This document shows positions 42,571 through 55,200 of a DNA stretch of 64,000 bases, piece by piece; positions within the stretch are counted from its first letter, which is position 1; each line of letters starts with the position of its first letter. A program made the position numbers and the translations under genes. The DNA comes from the human T2T-CHM13v2.0 reference genome, Homo sapiens: assembly GCF_009914755.1 (NCBI RefSeq), contig NC_060925.1; one strand, 5' to 3'. The notes under the pieces were generated by a model, which was given only the letters and a program-made list of their open reading frames with translations, did no database searches and was not told the origin of the DNA.

Positions 42571-43807
42571 GAGAACTCACTCATTCTTATACTAGCTGTG
42601 CTCAATCTTGTTCCCAGTGGTTCTCAGGAGATGCCACAAGTGGGGAAGATGACTGACATTTAGGCAGGTCATTTAAATACTGTAAAAACTCTGTAGCAGC
42701 TGTGAAAACTCAGCAAAAGCTCTCATTGGAAGCAAGGGGACAGATTAGGTGATTCTCTGCTCTTCATATCTTCTCCTGTAATCTAAAAAAACATTCCTAT
42801 GGATTGTTTTTAAGTAATTGGCAATCCTTGCTCATGCCTTGAGTTTTCCATTGGATGCAGAGTCATCAGCAGTAGACTTAAAAGAGATGGTGTCCCATCT
42901 CTCCCTCCTAACTCCGCCACCAAGAGAGCTGCTGCCCAGCCACTGACCCCAGTCCTTCCTCCCATAATCTGGAAGCTCACTCTGCATTCTTGAGCAGGTC
43001 AGATGGTAGCTATTACCATACTGGTGGCAGTCAGCCAATAATTTGGCAACAGGCACCTCATTCTCCAGAAAGCTTGGCTGCTTCTTTCTCTCCTAACAAG
43101 CCCAGTGGATCCCGTCAGGTTAAGAGTATCTGGAAGTACTAGACAGTGGTTTAATAACAAGCCTACTGTGCCAGTTCTGCATTCTTTTCCCTTGGAGGCC
43201 TCTAAACAACTGGGCAGACTTTGTCTCCATCCTCTTTTCTCACCACCATTTAAACCTCTTCCTACATTGCCATCAACCAAGAGGTTTTCAACTCCTCACC
43301 ACCACCTCTGAAATCCTTCTCAGTTCATGAACCAACAGACTTAATGTATGGTACAAAGTAGTCCTTCAATAAATGGCAATGGAATTGGACTTAATTGTTT
43401 AGTTTGGCCAGGGATGTTGGCGAAATAAGACCATATTCTTACTGCGAGTAGGGAAAATTTTTAAAAAGTCCATGGCTGCTTAATATTTAAACAAACTGTT
43501 CACTGTGTAAACTAGGGTGTTTTTCCGCCAAATGGGGAAACTGAGCAGAAATAGGTTTACAATCTAGTGTTGCTCTTCCATATGGCTGAATGTGACAAAT
43601 GATGTCATTTGTCATAGACATGCTAGCCCCCGGCAGAATAATGAATGGTTTCAAAGGCAGGATGCAGGTTGAAAACATCAGTTTCTGTCTCTTCTAGTGC
43701 TTTTTTTTTTTTTTTTTAATTTCAGGACTAGCCACATGTAAGTTACTAGGTTTACAAAAGCCAGCCAAGGCTAAAGGGTGTTGCCCTGCTGGGGTGGGAA
43801 TTGCTAG

Positions 43808-43975
<168 letters not shown>

Positions 43976-44599
43976 TGAGTTATATGACCTCAAAACTACT
44001 TCCTTGGTTTCCTGATCCCTCTCACTAATTTTATTACATAGTCATGGTCCGTCAGGAAAATCCATTCTAGTAGTTTAGCCAGTTGCCCTGGAGGTGTCCT
44101 GCCTTAGCCCTTTTCTAGCCCAGTTTCTCATGTGCTCTGACAATGTTCCCTCTTCAGGTTTTACAGTCCCAGAGGTCCCTTCCCTGCAGCAGGAACTTAA
44201 ATTGCTTTAGGCCAAGCCCTCTTAGTTTATGCCCGAATATCAAGTGTAAGACCGGAAGTCACTTATAAAATCTTGCCTTTGATGGGGAGCTTGAAGATGC
44301 ATCACCAGAGAATGAGTGACACCAACCCTGCCTCTTAGTGTAGTTAGGTACTGCTTGTGGGACACACAAATGCCCCATGCCATTCCTTAGTGATGCCCAC
44401 CTCCTCTAGAACCTAGCAGCAGCATGTGCCACAGTGATGAGCTGCCTGCCAGGAGGCACAGAAGACTGTCTTACCTCTGCTCTGTGTGGGTTCAGGCACA
44501 TTGTCCCTTTTGGTCACAATTCAAAGACATTCTAACAGGCCACTAAAGTCACTTCCCTGACCCCAAAATGAGTTTATTAGCATAAATGGTGAAATTCCT

Positions 44600-44898
44600 G
44601 GCTGGGTGCGGTGGCTCACGCCTGTAATCCCAGTACTTTGGGAGGCCAAGGCGGGCAGATCATGAGGTCAGGAGATCGAGACCATCCTGGGTAACACGGT
44701 GAAACCCCGTCTCTACTAAAAATACAAAAAAAATTATCCAGGCTTGGTGGCAGGCACCTGTGGTTCCAGCTACTCAGGAGGCTGAGGCAGGAGAATGGCA
44801 TGAACCTGGGAGGCGGAGCTTGCAATGAGCCGAGATGGCGCTGCTGCACTCCAGCCTGGGTGACAGAGCAAGACTCCGTCTCAAAAACAAACAAAAAA
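44600..44898 (+). mobile_element. AluY-like, sense, full length
   Basis: ggctgggtgcggtggctcacgcc..gagatcgagaccatcctgg..gaatggcatgaacc..A tail; aattcct repeated on both flanks. Confidence 0.95.
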
Positions 44899-46304
44899 GC
44901 AATTCCTGAGAGACCTATTGAGTCAAGTGAAAGCCTGAAGAAGAGAGGAGAGATTCAAGTTTTGGCTTAGCTAATACAAAGCTAAAATATGGTTCCTAAA
45001 CATCATTGACTTTACCATTATTCCTAGTTCAGGAGCCATGAGCTCAAGGTCCCCCACCCCGACCTTAGCTTAGAATTGAAGCCCAAGCAGTCACTGGACT
45101 GAAGAGAAAAAAAGACAAAACCCAACCATTGCAAAAGTCTGTACAGACAGCTTGTACTAAGTGAGTTCCATATCATTTAAATTCTGATTCATCTGTGGCT
45201 CTTCTCTCCCCTTCATTTCTCTCCTGATCCCTCCCCGCTGCTACTGTGTACCTCAGAGCCACCCTGAATGATGTGTGATGGAATGGGCACCCCCACAGAG
45301 GGCGAAAAACACTCAGTAGCTCAAACAAATGCGTGCTTCTATCTCCTGCGAGTGCTGAGACAGAGAATCGTGCATGGTTGTGTGGGGGAGACAGTTAGTC
45401 CAGACGCCCCCAGGGCTGAGCAATTGACTGCCTGAGGGTGTTCTTGATGAGGCAGGTAGGAACTAGTAGAGTCATTCTCTGCCCTCCCCTCTGAGGAACT
45501 TAGCACCAAGACCTGTGGAATAATAAACTATAGATAGTTTGATTCTTAAAAAGACCTCGCAGCATTTTGCCTGCCTGGCGATGTGTCTAGTGGGAAAAAA
45601 ATCTCAATAATGTGTCCTTTCTTTCACAGGGAGACTTTATGACATCATTTCTGCGGGTTCCCCAGGGCTGAGCCGTAGTGCCAGGACTTTTTGGATATGT
45701 GTTCATCTCATTGTCAGTACCAGTGTCTGTAATTCAATTTAGGTGTCAGCCTGTGCTACACACTCAACACTGTGTACTTCTGCCCATCCCTCGGGGCTGC
45801 TGCTCCATGTCCCCAGGCGTGGCCATGATTGTGTGTGTGCATATGGAGTGTGTGTCTCACACCACCTCTGATACCTGTAGACTGCAGTGTTGTTACCACG
45901 TCTGTCTGGAGTCAGAACTGTGTGCTATACAAAGCATGTACTACAAACAAACACTATAACTCCCTCAAGTGCACCATAGCACATGTCTTGGGAAAGTACC
46001 CCTGCCATACACACCAGAAACCGCTCAGCCAAATGGTCACATAGGCTAAGGTGGGGGTCCCAGACACTCTTTCCTTTGGGCAATGCCCTGTTTTTAGGGT
46101 GTCATTTCCTAAATATAAAATAGCTTTTTCTGGTACGATCTCCATCTGCCCAAGATGTTCTTAGGTCTTTTTGTTAGGTAGCCCACGTAAACATCTCTCA
46201 TACAGCTCTTTATGCAATGATACTAGCTATCTGTATAGCGCATGCACAGCTGCCAAACAAGAATGACAGAACCTTAGAGATTTCCAGTCCAACCTGATAA
46301 CACT

Positions 46305-46530
46305 GTAGGCTGGCACAGTCCAAAACAATAGCTCTTAGCCACATGTGGCTAGTCCAAATAAAATATAAACTATCTAATTTTTATATTGATTACATGTTGA
46401 CATGCTACTATTTGGATATATTCAGCTAAATTAAATGTTATTAAATTTCACCTTTTACAACATGGTTAACAACATGGTTACTTGGACATTTAAAATTCTG
46501 CAAGTGGCTTGCATCATCCTTCCATGGGAC
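46305..46530. mobile_element. MER3/MER33-type DNA transposon
   Basis: tagccacatgtggcta..ttttatattgattacatgttga..atttaaaattctgcaagtggct. Confidence 0.65.
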
Positions 46531-47074
46531 TGTGTCACTCAGGGCATCCCTGACAGCCACCCACCACATCTTTGGATGGTTTCAATCAGAAGAAAACTCT
46601 TAACGTCACGTGTCTTAAGGCTTGAGAAGACGTATTTGACATCAGAAATTGTTGACTTCCCTTAGAAAACTGGTTTCTATTTAATTGATAAAAGGCTTCT
46701 TCAGATTAAAAGAATAAATCCAATGCTATCACTTCTTAGAAAGCGAACTTCACATATCTGAAAAGTATTATACCAAACAGTGTTTGTTGCAGAAAACAAT
46801 AAAATCTGAATCATTGCTTAGTGATGAAAAAGAGGAATCTACACCAGAAAAATAGGTGACCTTCAGCACTCAATCCCAGCTAGAGCTTCCTGTCCGGAAC
46901 ATATAGCACATAGGTGCACATAAACACACACACACATATACATACAACTGAGACCTTAAAGCTGCAAGTCTCTCTTTTGAAAGCCATTCTTGAGGAGGCT
47001 GAATTGTCCACTGGACGTGAGAAGCAATGAGATGGAACCAAGTCCCACAAGCTTGGCTGTGTGTTTATTTCCAG

Positions 47075-47203
47075 GAGCCAGAGGTTAGTGAATTAAAAAG
47101 CGTGCAGCCCTCTAACCATGGCATCTACCTTCCTTCGGACACCCAGGAGCATGCGGGATCTGGGAGGGCATCTTCTATGCCACGTCTGACTGTGGATCCC
47201 CAG
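47075..47203 (+). CDS. CACNA1E: Exon ~45, 129-nt cassette exon (43-aa C-terminal insert EPEVSELKSV...LTVDPQ)
   Basis: ttccag|GAG..CCCCAG|gtaaaa; symmetric phase 0/0; known alternatively spliced Cav2.3 insert. Confidence 0.96.
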
Positions 47204-48123
47204 GTAAAAAGCAACCACCTACATTAATGCAGTGGCATCCGGGCTGTATTAGCTGGGTTATGGAATAATATCTGATATTTGCAGGTGAGCCGTTGACTTG
47301 CCCGCACCCCTTCCCTATAAATAAAACCTGGCTCATGGGTCGTCTCTAATAGAGCCTGCTTCTCCGGTGTTTTCAATGACCCCCCCTAACCACAACAGCC
47401 CAGCGAACAAAATTGCATACTTCACTCCGGACGGGTTAAACATTCTCAAGATTCAACCAGCCATGCAAGAAATATTTTCCAGGATTTTCTCTGTGTACTT
47501 CTCCATCCTTTTTTTGTTTCCTGACTCCTCCAGCACATATGCAGTTACTTACACACACAGGTCTGTGTCAGGACTGTCTGTCCTAACCAGTGCAGGCCAC
47601 ATCTCATTTCTTTGTCTGTTTTCCTGGCTTCTTTTTCCTGTCTGTCGGTCTTACATCAGGTTTTGACAGAGACAAGAAGTTTTTGTAGATTTGTTTTAAT
47701 ATCTGTGGCAAATCAAAATGCCAGAATTTAAAACGGGGCTAGGTGGGATTGATGGCAGCAGAGGGAGAGTGATACATTCTTAGCACTTGTTAAATTGCAA
47801 GCTCTCCTAGGCTCTAGTGCTGCAGGGCAGGGCCTTCTCTGGCAAGGGCGTTTAAAAAAAAAAAAGCAAAGCCATGCTTCTTTCATGAATGGGGTGGCCT
47901 CTTAGACAATTGCCCTCACATGTTTCAAAGCAGCACAGTATTTGCTGCAGCCTGGCTGCGCCCCATGGTAGAGGGCTCTATGGGAGCTTGCACAGTTCCT
48001 GCCTGCATTCCGCATGGCTTTGCCTTGGTACACTCAGCTACAGAAGAAAAGATCCTGGACCATTTCCAGTGACTATATTAACATAATGTAAGGATGCTTT
48101 CTTGAACAGTTTCCACCAGCTAA

Positions 48124-48531
<408 letters not shown>

Positions 48532-48854
48532 TAGATAACCAGAAAAGAATTCAGAGACAAGGGCTGAAGAAAGTGAAGGATGCTCCTTACCAAAGGGAAT
48601 TCCTGTATCTGACTTACATCCTGAAACAGGCCAAAGCCCTCCTCTGTGTTCACCGGAAAAGCTGTTGCAATCCCTTCCTTCTGGAGCAGGGCTATACAAA
48701 TCATTAGAATTGAGGGAGCTTTTCAAATAGCCTTCTACAAAACCACTGGGGCTTTTTAGGATTGTATTAGAGACCCACTGTAAGGACTGAACTTTAACCA
48801 CCAGTTCCACTTCAACCTAAACAGTGCTACCTGGAGTTATTTCCTGTGTTTGAA

Positions 48855-49150
48855 TTTTTTTTTTTTTTGAGACAGAGTTTCACTCTGCAGCACAGGCTAG
48901 AGTGCAGTGGTGTGATCTCGGCTCACTGCAAGCTCTGCCTCCCGGGTTCACACCATTCTCCTGCCTCAGCCTCCTGAATAGCTGGGACTACAGGCGCCCG
49001 CCACCGTGCCCGGCTAATTTTTTGTATTTTTAGTAGAGACGGGGTTTCACCATGTTAGCCAGGATGGTCTCAATCTCCTGACCTCATGATCCGCCCGCGT
49101 AGGCCTCCCAAAGTGCTGGGATTACAGGCGTGAGCCGCTGCACCTGGCCT
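48855..49150 (-). mobile_element. AluY-like, antisense, full length
   Basis: T tail..gcaagctctgcctcccgggttcacaccattc..gtgagccgctgcacctggcc; tgaattt on both flanks. Confidence 0.95.
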
Positions 49151-49659
49151 GAATTTCTTTTAAGCTTTTTGCTTTAAATATATATATATATATATATTAG
49201 TCTGGCTCAACTATTTTGTTTTATTGGATAAAGGAATCAAAGTTGAAAAAGCAGTGACTTGTCCCATGTCATAGGGCCATTAAGTGGCAGAACTGGGACT
49301 AGCACTGGGATCCTTTCATTTCAATCCTGGACTTCTCACCATAGCATTATGTTAGGTGTGTTATTATTTAGTTCATAGAAATTTCTTAATTCCCTTCTGC
49401 TGGTGCCACCTTCCCCCCAAAAAGTTATGCAGCCATATTTATGATAGAGTTCCTGAGCCATATTGTTAACCAAGATCCTATATTGTGTGTAGCATAAATA
49501 GAAACAGAATAGATTGCATTGTTTGACATATGTGTCTCTAGTGGCACCTTGCAAACTTACCTGCTTACAAAATAGGTAATTTGCTAGCCTGCCTTTCTCC
49601 CCTGCTTCCCTTTCAGATCATCTTTTGACATACCTGGAGAAGCCAGGATTCTTTTAGGG

Positions 49660-49965
49660 GCCTATCTTTTTTCAGGCTGCTACAACAAATTACCACAGAC
49701 TGGGTAGATTCAATAACATGTATTTGTCATGGTTCTGTAGGCTGGGAAATCCAAGACCAAGGTACCAGCAGATCCCTGTCTTCTTTCTATTCTCACATGA
49801 TGGAGAGCAGAGAGACAGGAAGCAAGCACTCTCAGGCCTCTTCTTATCAGGGCACTAATCTCATCATGGAGGCCCCACCCTCATGCCCTGCCTCCTAATA
49901 CCATACCATCAGGAACAAATTAGGCCTCAACATTTGAATTTGGGGGGGGACACAAACATGTGGTT
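49660..49965. mobile_element. MLT1-type solo LTR
   Basis: ggctgctacaacaaattaccacagactgggt..ggctgggaaatccaagaccaagg..tttgggggggacacaaacat. Confidence 0.75.
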
Positions 49966-50077
49966 CCTCTGAGGGCCCAACCCCAGGCTGTGATGTGATA
50001 CTTGGAGAGAAGTCCCTTCATCATCATTGGTCAGAGTGGACAGAGTTATAACCAAGTGCTTTTGTCACCTCTCACAG

Positions 50078-50268
50078 GCCACAAGTCTGACACTCACCGC
50101 TCAGGGGGCAGGGAGCGGGGACGATCAAAAGAGCGAAAGCATCTTCTCTCTCCTGATGTCTCCCGCTGCAATTCAGAAGAGCGAGGGACCCAGGCTGACT
50201 GGGAGTCCCCAGAGCGCCGTCAATCCAGGTCACCCAGTGAGGGCAGGTCACAGACGCCCAACAGACAG
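50078..50268 (+). CDS. CACNA1E: Exon ~47 ([20 protein letters not shown]...QTPNRQ)
   Basis: tcacag|GC..AGACAG|gtgagc, 191 nt. Confidence 0.97.
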
Positions 50269-51374
50269 GTGAGCGCAGAGAGGAAGCCAGTCTACAGCAG
50301 AAGGACAGGGGAGGGTGGGCTGTATCATTAGATGCAAGTCGTGAGCATTTCGCAAACGCATTCAAGTACCCACAAAGACTGGAATTTCACAGGAAGCTAT
50401 ACCTATAGTGCATAGAGGTTAGCTGCTCAATGCTTGTGTACTCAGAGATGATCTGAATTCACAGAAAACCAGATTTCCCCCAAAAAGATGGTGTCTAGAG
50501 GTCATTCCATTCCAGCCTTCAGAAACCAGAGATATAAATAGGTTGACAGCCAGATTTTGGAGGAGAGGATGGTCCTTTAGCCAGAAAGTTTCCTTTGGCC
50601 ATCTTGTGATCCTCAGTATTTGTGAGAATTGTGATTCATCTCTCAGCCCAGGATTCACAAGTCAGAGCAGTTCACCCTCATTTACCTAGCTTGCAGCCGT
50701 CCCAGCAAGATCATGCCTTTTGCTGAACCACCAGCTTGGTGCCTAAGGAATAACTATCAGATCTGTATGAAAACATTCATAGACTCTGTTTTACTCCTTA
50801 CTACAGCCCTATCTCTAGTCATGGCATTTTGACCCATAATAGGAGACCCCCTCAACAGAAACGATCAGCGGAGAAAAGGCAGGGCTGCTAATGCAAACCT
50901 TTAGAGACACAGCAGTCGAGAGGTTTCCCTTCTAGAACAACAGTTTTCAAATTTTAGTGCAGAACAGCATTAACCCATGAGGTTTACTAGCACTGCACAT
51001 TCCTGGTGCCTGAAGGACCCAGGAGTCTGCCTTTGAAAAGACCCCTCTGTAGGATTCTCAGCAGGAGGTTCGTAGGTCACACATACCTTAAGAAATGCTC
51101 TCCTGGAGGTTTACTTCCCAAAACCTGGGCTCAGTTTCCCTTGGGAATAGGTGAGGGCAAGTATGGCCTGAGCCAACAACTGAGTGTATCAGGTACAGAA
51201 GCTGAGTTCAGCAAACCACAGAAGACATGGGCAGGAATAAGGGTTTCCCAGCCAGAGCAACTCCAGCATTTGTTCACCTTCCACAGAGTTGTCTTTCTCA
51301 AGTTTAAAGTCTCTCTTTTAGTGTGCCCCTTGTTACATATGTAGAGCTTCCTTAGTAGTCCAAGTGCTTGTTCC

Positions 51375-51520
51375 ACAGACCTGCCACCCCTAGCATCACC
51401 TGGAAGCTTGTTAGAAATGCAAAATCTCAGTCCTTGCCCCAGATCTTCTGAGCCTGCATCTGCAGTTTAACCAGATCCCCAGAGGTTTGTATGCACAAAG
51501 TCTGAGATGTCCTGGTCTAA
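51375..51520. mobile_element. MER5A-type DNA transposon
   Basis: gcatcacctggaagcttgttagaaatgcaaaatctcag..atctgcagtttaaccagatcccc. Confidence 0.8.
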
Positions 51521-51608
51521 ATGTTCTTGACTCCTTAATCTCTTCAATCCCTTTTTCCCTGAGTGGATGTGAATACTACAGGGAGCTCCAGCTCAGGCCT
51601 CTCCCTGA

Positions 51609-52244
<636 letters not shown>

Positions 52245-55200
52245 AGGCTGCTCCCCCCTCCGATGCATGCTCTTCTCTCACATGGAGAAAACCAAGACAG
52301 AATTGGGAAGCCAGTGCGGCCCGGGGGGGAGGAAGAGGGAAAAGGAAGATGGAAGGACACCATGCATTATCAGAGAAGAGGAAGTAAAGGACAATCAGAA
52401 CACCAGTCAAACCCACCAAATTGCTTTATTCCCCTTTGCAAGATGGGCACTGCCATAGTTCTGCCTCTTTGCTGGGGAAAGAAACCAGGAACGTGGAGGG
52501 TTATTACTGCGGGAGAAGGGACACGAGGATGGCTTTGCTTCCCCTTGCCCCTTCCCACTTTTCTAAAAGCTGTGGAGGGATCTAGCTGGCCTATGTCTAC
52601 ACTCAGTGCCCTGAGAAGCCTGGAAGACTTTCTGGCTCTTAACTGGGGAGTAGTGGAGACCATAGGAGAGGACTCTCCTCCCTCACCAGCTCTTACGCCT
52701 CAGCCAGCACCACTGCCACCAGGGCAACTGCAGCAGCATCTCATGCATAACCCTGTGGCTTGCTTCCCCCAGGGCAGCACAGGCTAAGTCAGGAACATCG
52801 GATGCCAGGGAGGGAGGAGAAAGCCGAAGCGAAAGGGGTCAGGGTGCTGAGGCAACAGCAGCAAGGGCTGGTCTGGACAAGAAAAGCCATAGCCCGGCAG
52901 CCCCTACCATGAGGGAGACAGAGAAACAGAACTGGTGGTGCTGGGGGGTATAGCCCCCCATCCTTGAGGCCTGTCACCCACACAGTAGGTGCTGAGAGTT
53001 AGGACAGGTCAGGAAGTCCCCCAGGGTCCACAAAGGTGCCTGAGGCTCTGGTAAGGGTGAAGATAAAAGTATTTAACAACCGCTATGGCATCAATGTAAG
53101 TGGAGTTTGGTCCTAGTGCCGGAGCCCATGCTATTCCAGGCATTGGCTCTTTAGATGCCAGTCATGGGGGAACCCTGAGGGTGTGGGTAGAGTAGCAGGG
53201 GCCACCTAAGAGATTAAAAACAGTCTGTTTTCCAACCAGTGTGGAAGCAATTAAATATGCGTAACAGTGCTACGGCCACACCAGCACCTCCTGGCTGAAG
53301 GTCAGCCCACACTCTGGTCCATGAGGCAGCAAGGCCAGTGCTGTGCCAAGCCCGGTAAGGCCAAGTGCCGAGGCCCAGCCTTCCCTGCCACTCCTCTGAG
53401 AGGGCAGAACACACATATCCAAGTAGGCTACCCACCACTGGGTAGGGATTTCTGTAAAGATGGGAAAGGCTGATAGATTGAAATAAGCTTCTGTGAAAGT
53501 CTGGATTTACTGAGGACCTCCCCTGAGGAGGGACCGTTGGGACCGCAGATTCTGCAGCTGGTGTGGGGTTCAGGTCAGTTTGTCAGGATGCTTTAAGGTG
53601 ATTAGTAAATATACCTCAGCTTAGACTTGGGCTGCTCCTTCTAGCAAAGCAGGCTCCAGTGGGGCCTCATCATACAGGATGACAAGACTGGGGCCCTGTT
53701 CACCTTGAACATGCCCCTGGGCCAAGATGGGGCTTCACCCCTCCCCAGAGTAAGAGCTGGGGCTGACAGTCCCACCCTGTCATTCCTAATAGCCCAAACG
53801 CAGAAGCACTGAGCAAGAGAGCCCTTTCTTGCCAAGCCAGTGCTCTTTTGGTATATGGCATACAGCTCCATTGGAGGGGACACATCACTGGCTTTATCTG
53901 GTGGAAATGTACCTTTCCCTTAAGTTCCTCCTTAGTGCCATCACAGCAGGTGAATGGGTGCCCTACGGGGCCCTCCTTCCCCCACCAGGAACAGATGGAA
54001 CCTGCCACCCAGGATCCTGATCTGCCCTGCACTGAGCACTCAGTGGATAAACACTCCTCCAGCCCAGACACACTCCTCCTCTTGGGCAGGAGCAATCCAG
54101 AGTTGTTATTTTTCTTAGAAGGAGCCTCTTTTCCCTCTATTTTTTAAATTGAAATATAATAGCTGCATCAGCCCTGAAAAGCCAAATTCAACCACATGGC
54201 TGGAGAATCATTTGTCATGGCCCCGCCTTCTCTTCTGATACTAATGGAGCTTCATGACCCACGGTCAGCCCCCAAACCAAAGTTGTCCCAACAGAGGAGG
54301 CCAGTGAGGCAGAGACAGAGCTCTCCCACTCTCAGACCCTCTTTTGTCTTCATTTTCCTCTCCCACTTAGCACATGTGTGCTTGAGGGTGGCTGGGAATG
54401 TGATATACAGCACCCTGATCCTAACAGGTGTGATTGTTACGTAAGACGCTGATACTGGGCCTTGTATTGCTTTTAAAGTTTCCTCTGCTCAGCATCATTT
54501 CATGCCAAAGTGCTGCTATGGGCTGCTTTGTGTGCACAAAATTGCTTTTTCCACCTCGGAAATGCAGCTTTCCCTAGGGGGAGGCCTACAACAGGACGAC
54601 CATTCTGAGCCAGTGAGTCTATTGCATGGTGTTTTGAGAAAGGGAATTTTAGTGACACCTTATGCCATTTCAAGAGGAGAAATGCAGGCTGGCAGAGCAA
54701 TTTCCAGAAATGGAATTTGCCTGCAAATAGTATAAACAACACTAAATTTACTGTGCCAGGAAATCTTCCTGAACTCCTTGAACTCATACACACAGGTATT
54801 TGAGTCCTGAATAAAGTGTTGGAAAGCACTGCAGATGCGGTCACCTGACTGACCACCTGGGTTTTCTATTACCAGTGAATTTCTTTTATTCACCTTCCCT
54901 TGACCAAGAAATTGGGTTTCTTTTCCCTCAGCCTGCACTTACTCTTCTATTAAGACCAGAAAATAAAATAATTTTCCGTTGAGTCACAAACTCATCATCT
55001 TGTTTGGTGTTCTGCTGCCTCTGAACAAAAGTGAATGCCAGCCTTCCCTTGCTGGGTGTCAGAGTCTGCCTCCCTTGAAAAGAGGCCCCTGTAGACCCCA
55101 ACACCTATTCTTTTCTCTGGTTAATTACAGCAGCATCTGAGAAATTCCATGCAAAAGAAGACTACAACCAGTGTTTCAGATATACCACAAGATCAAATTT

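Noticed and set aside
47072-47077. NAGNAG tandem acceptors (CAGGAG here; GAGCAG at 34831-34836)
   Set aside because: GAG is a rarely used acceptor; no sequence evidence for use.
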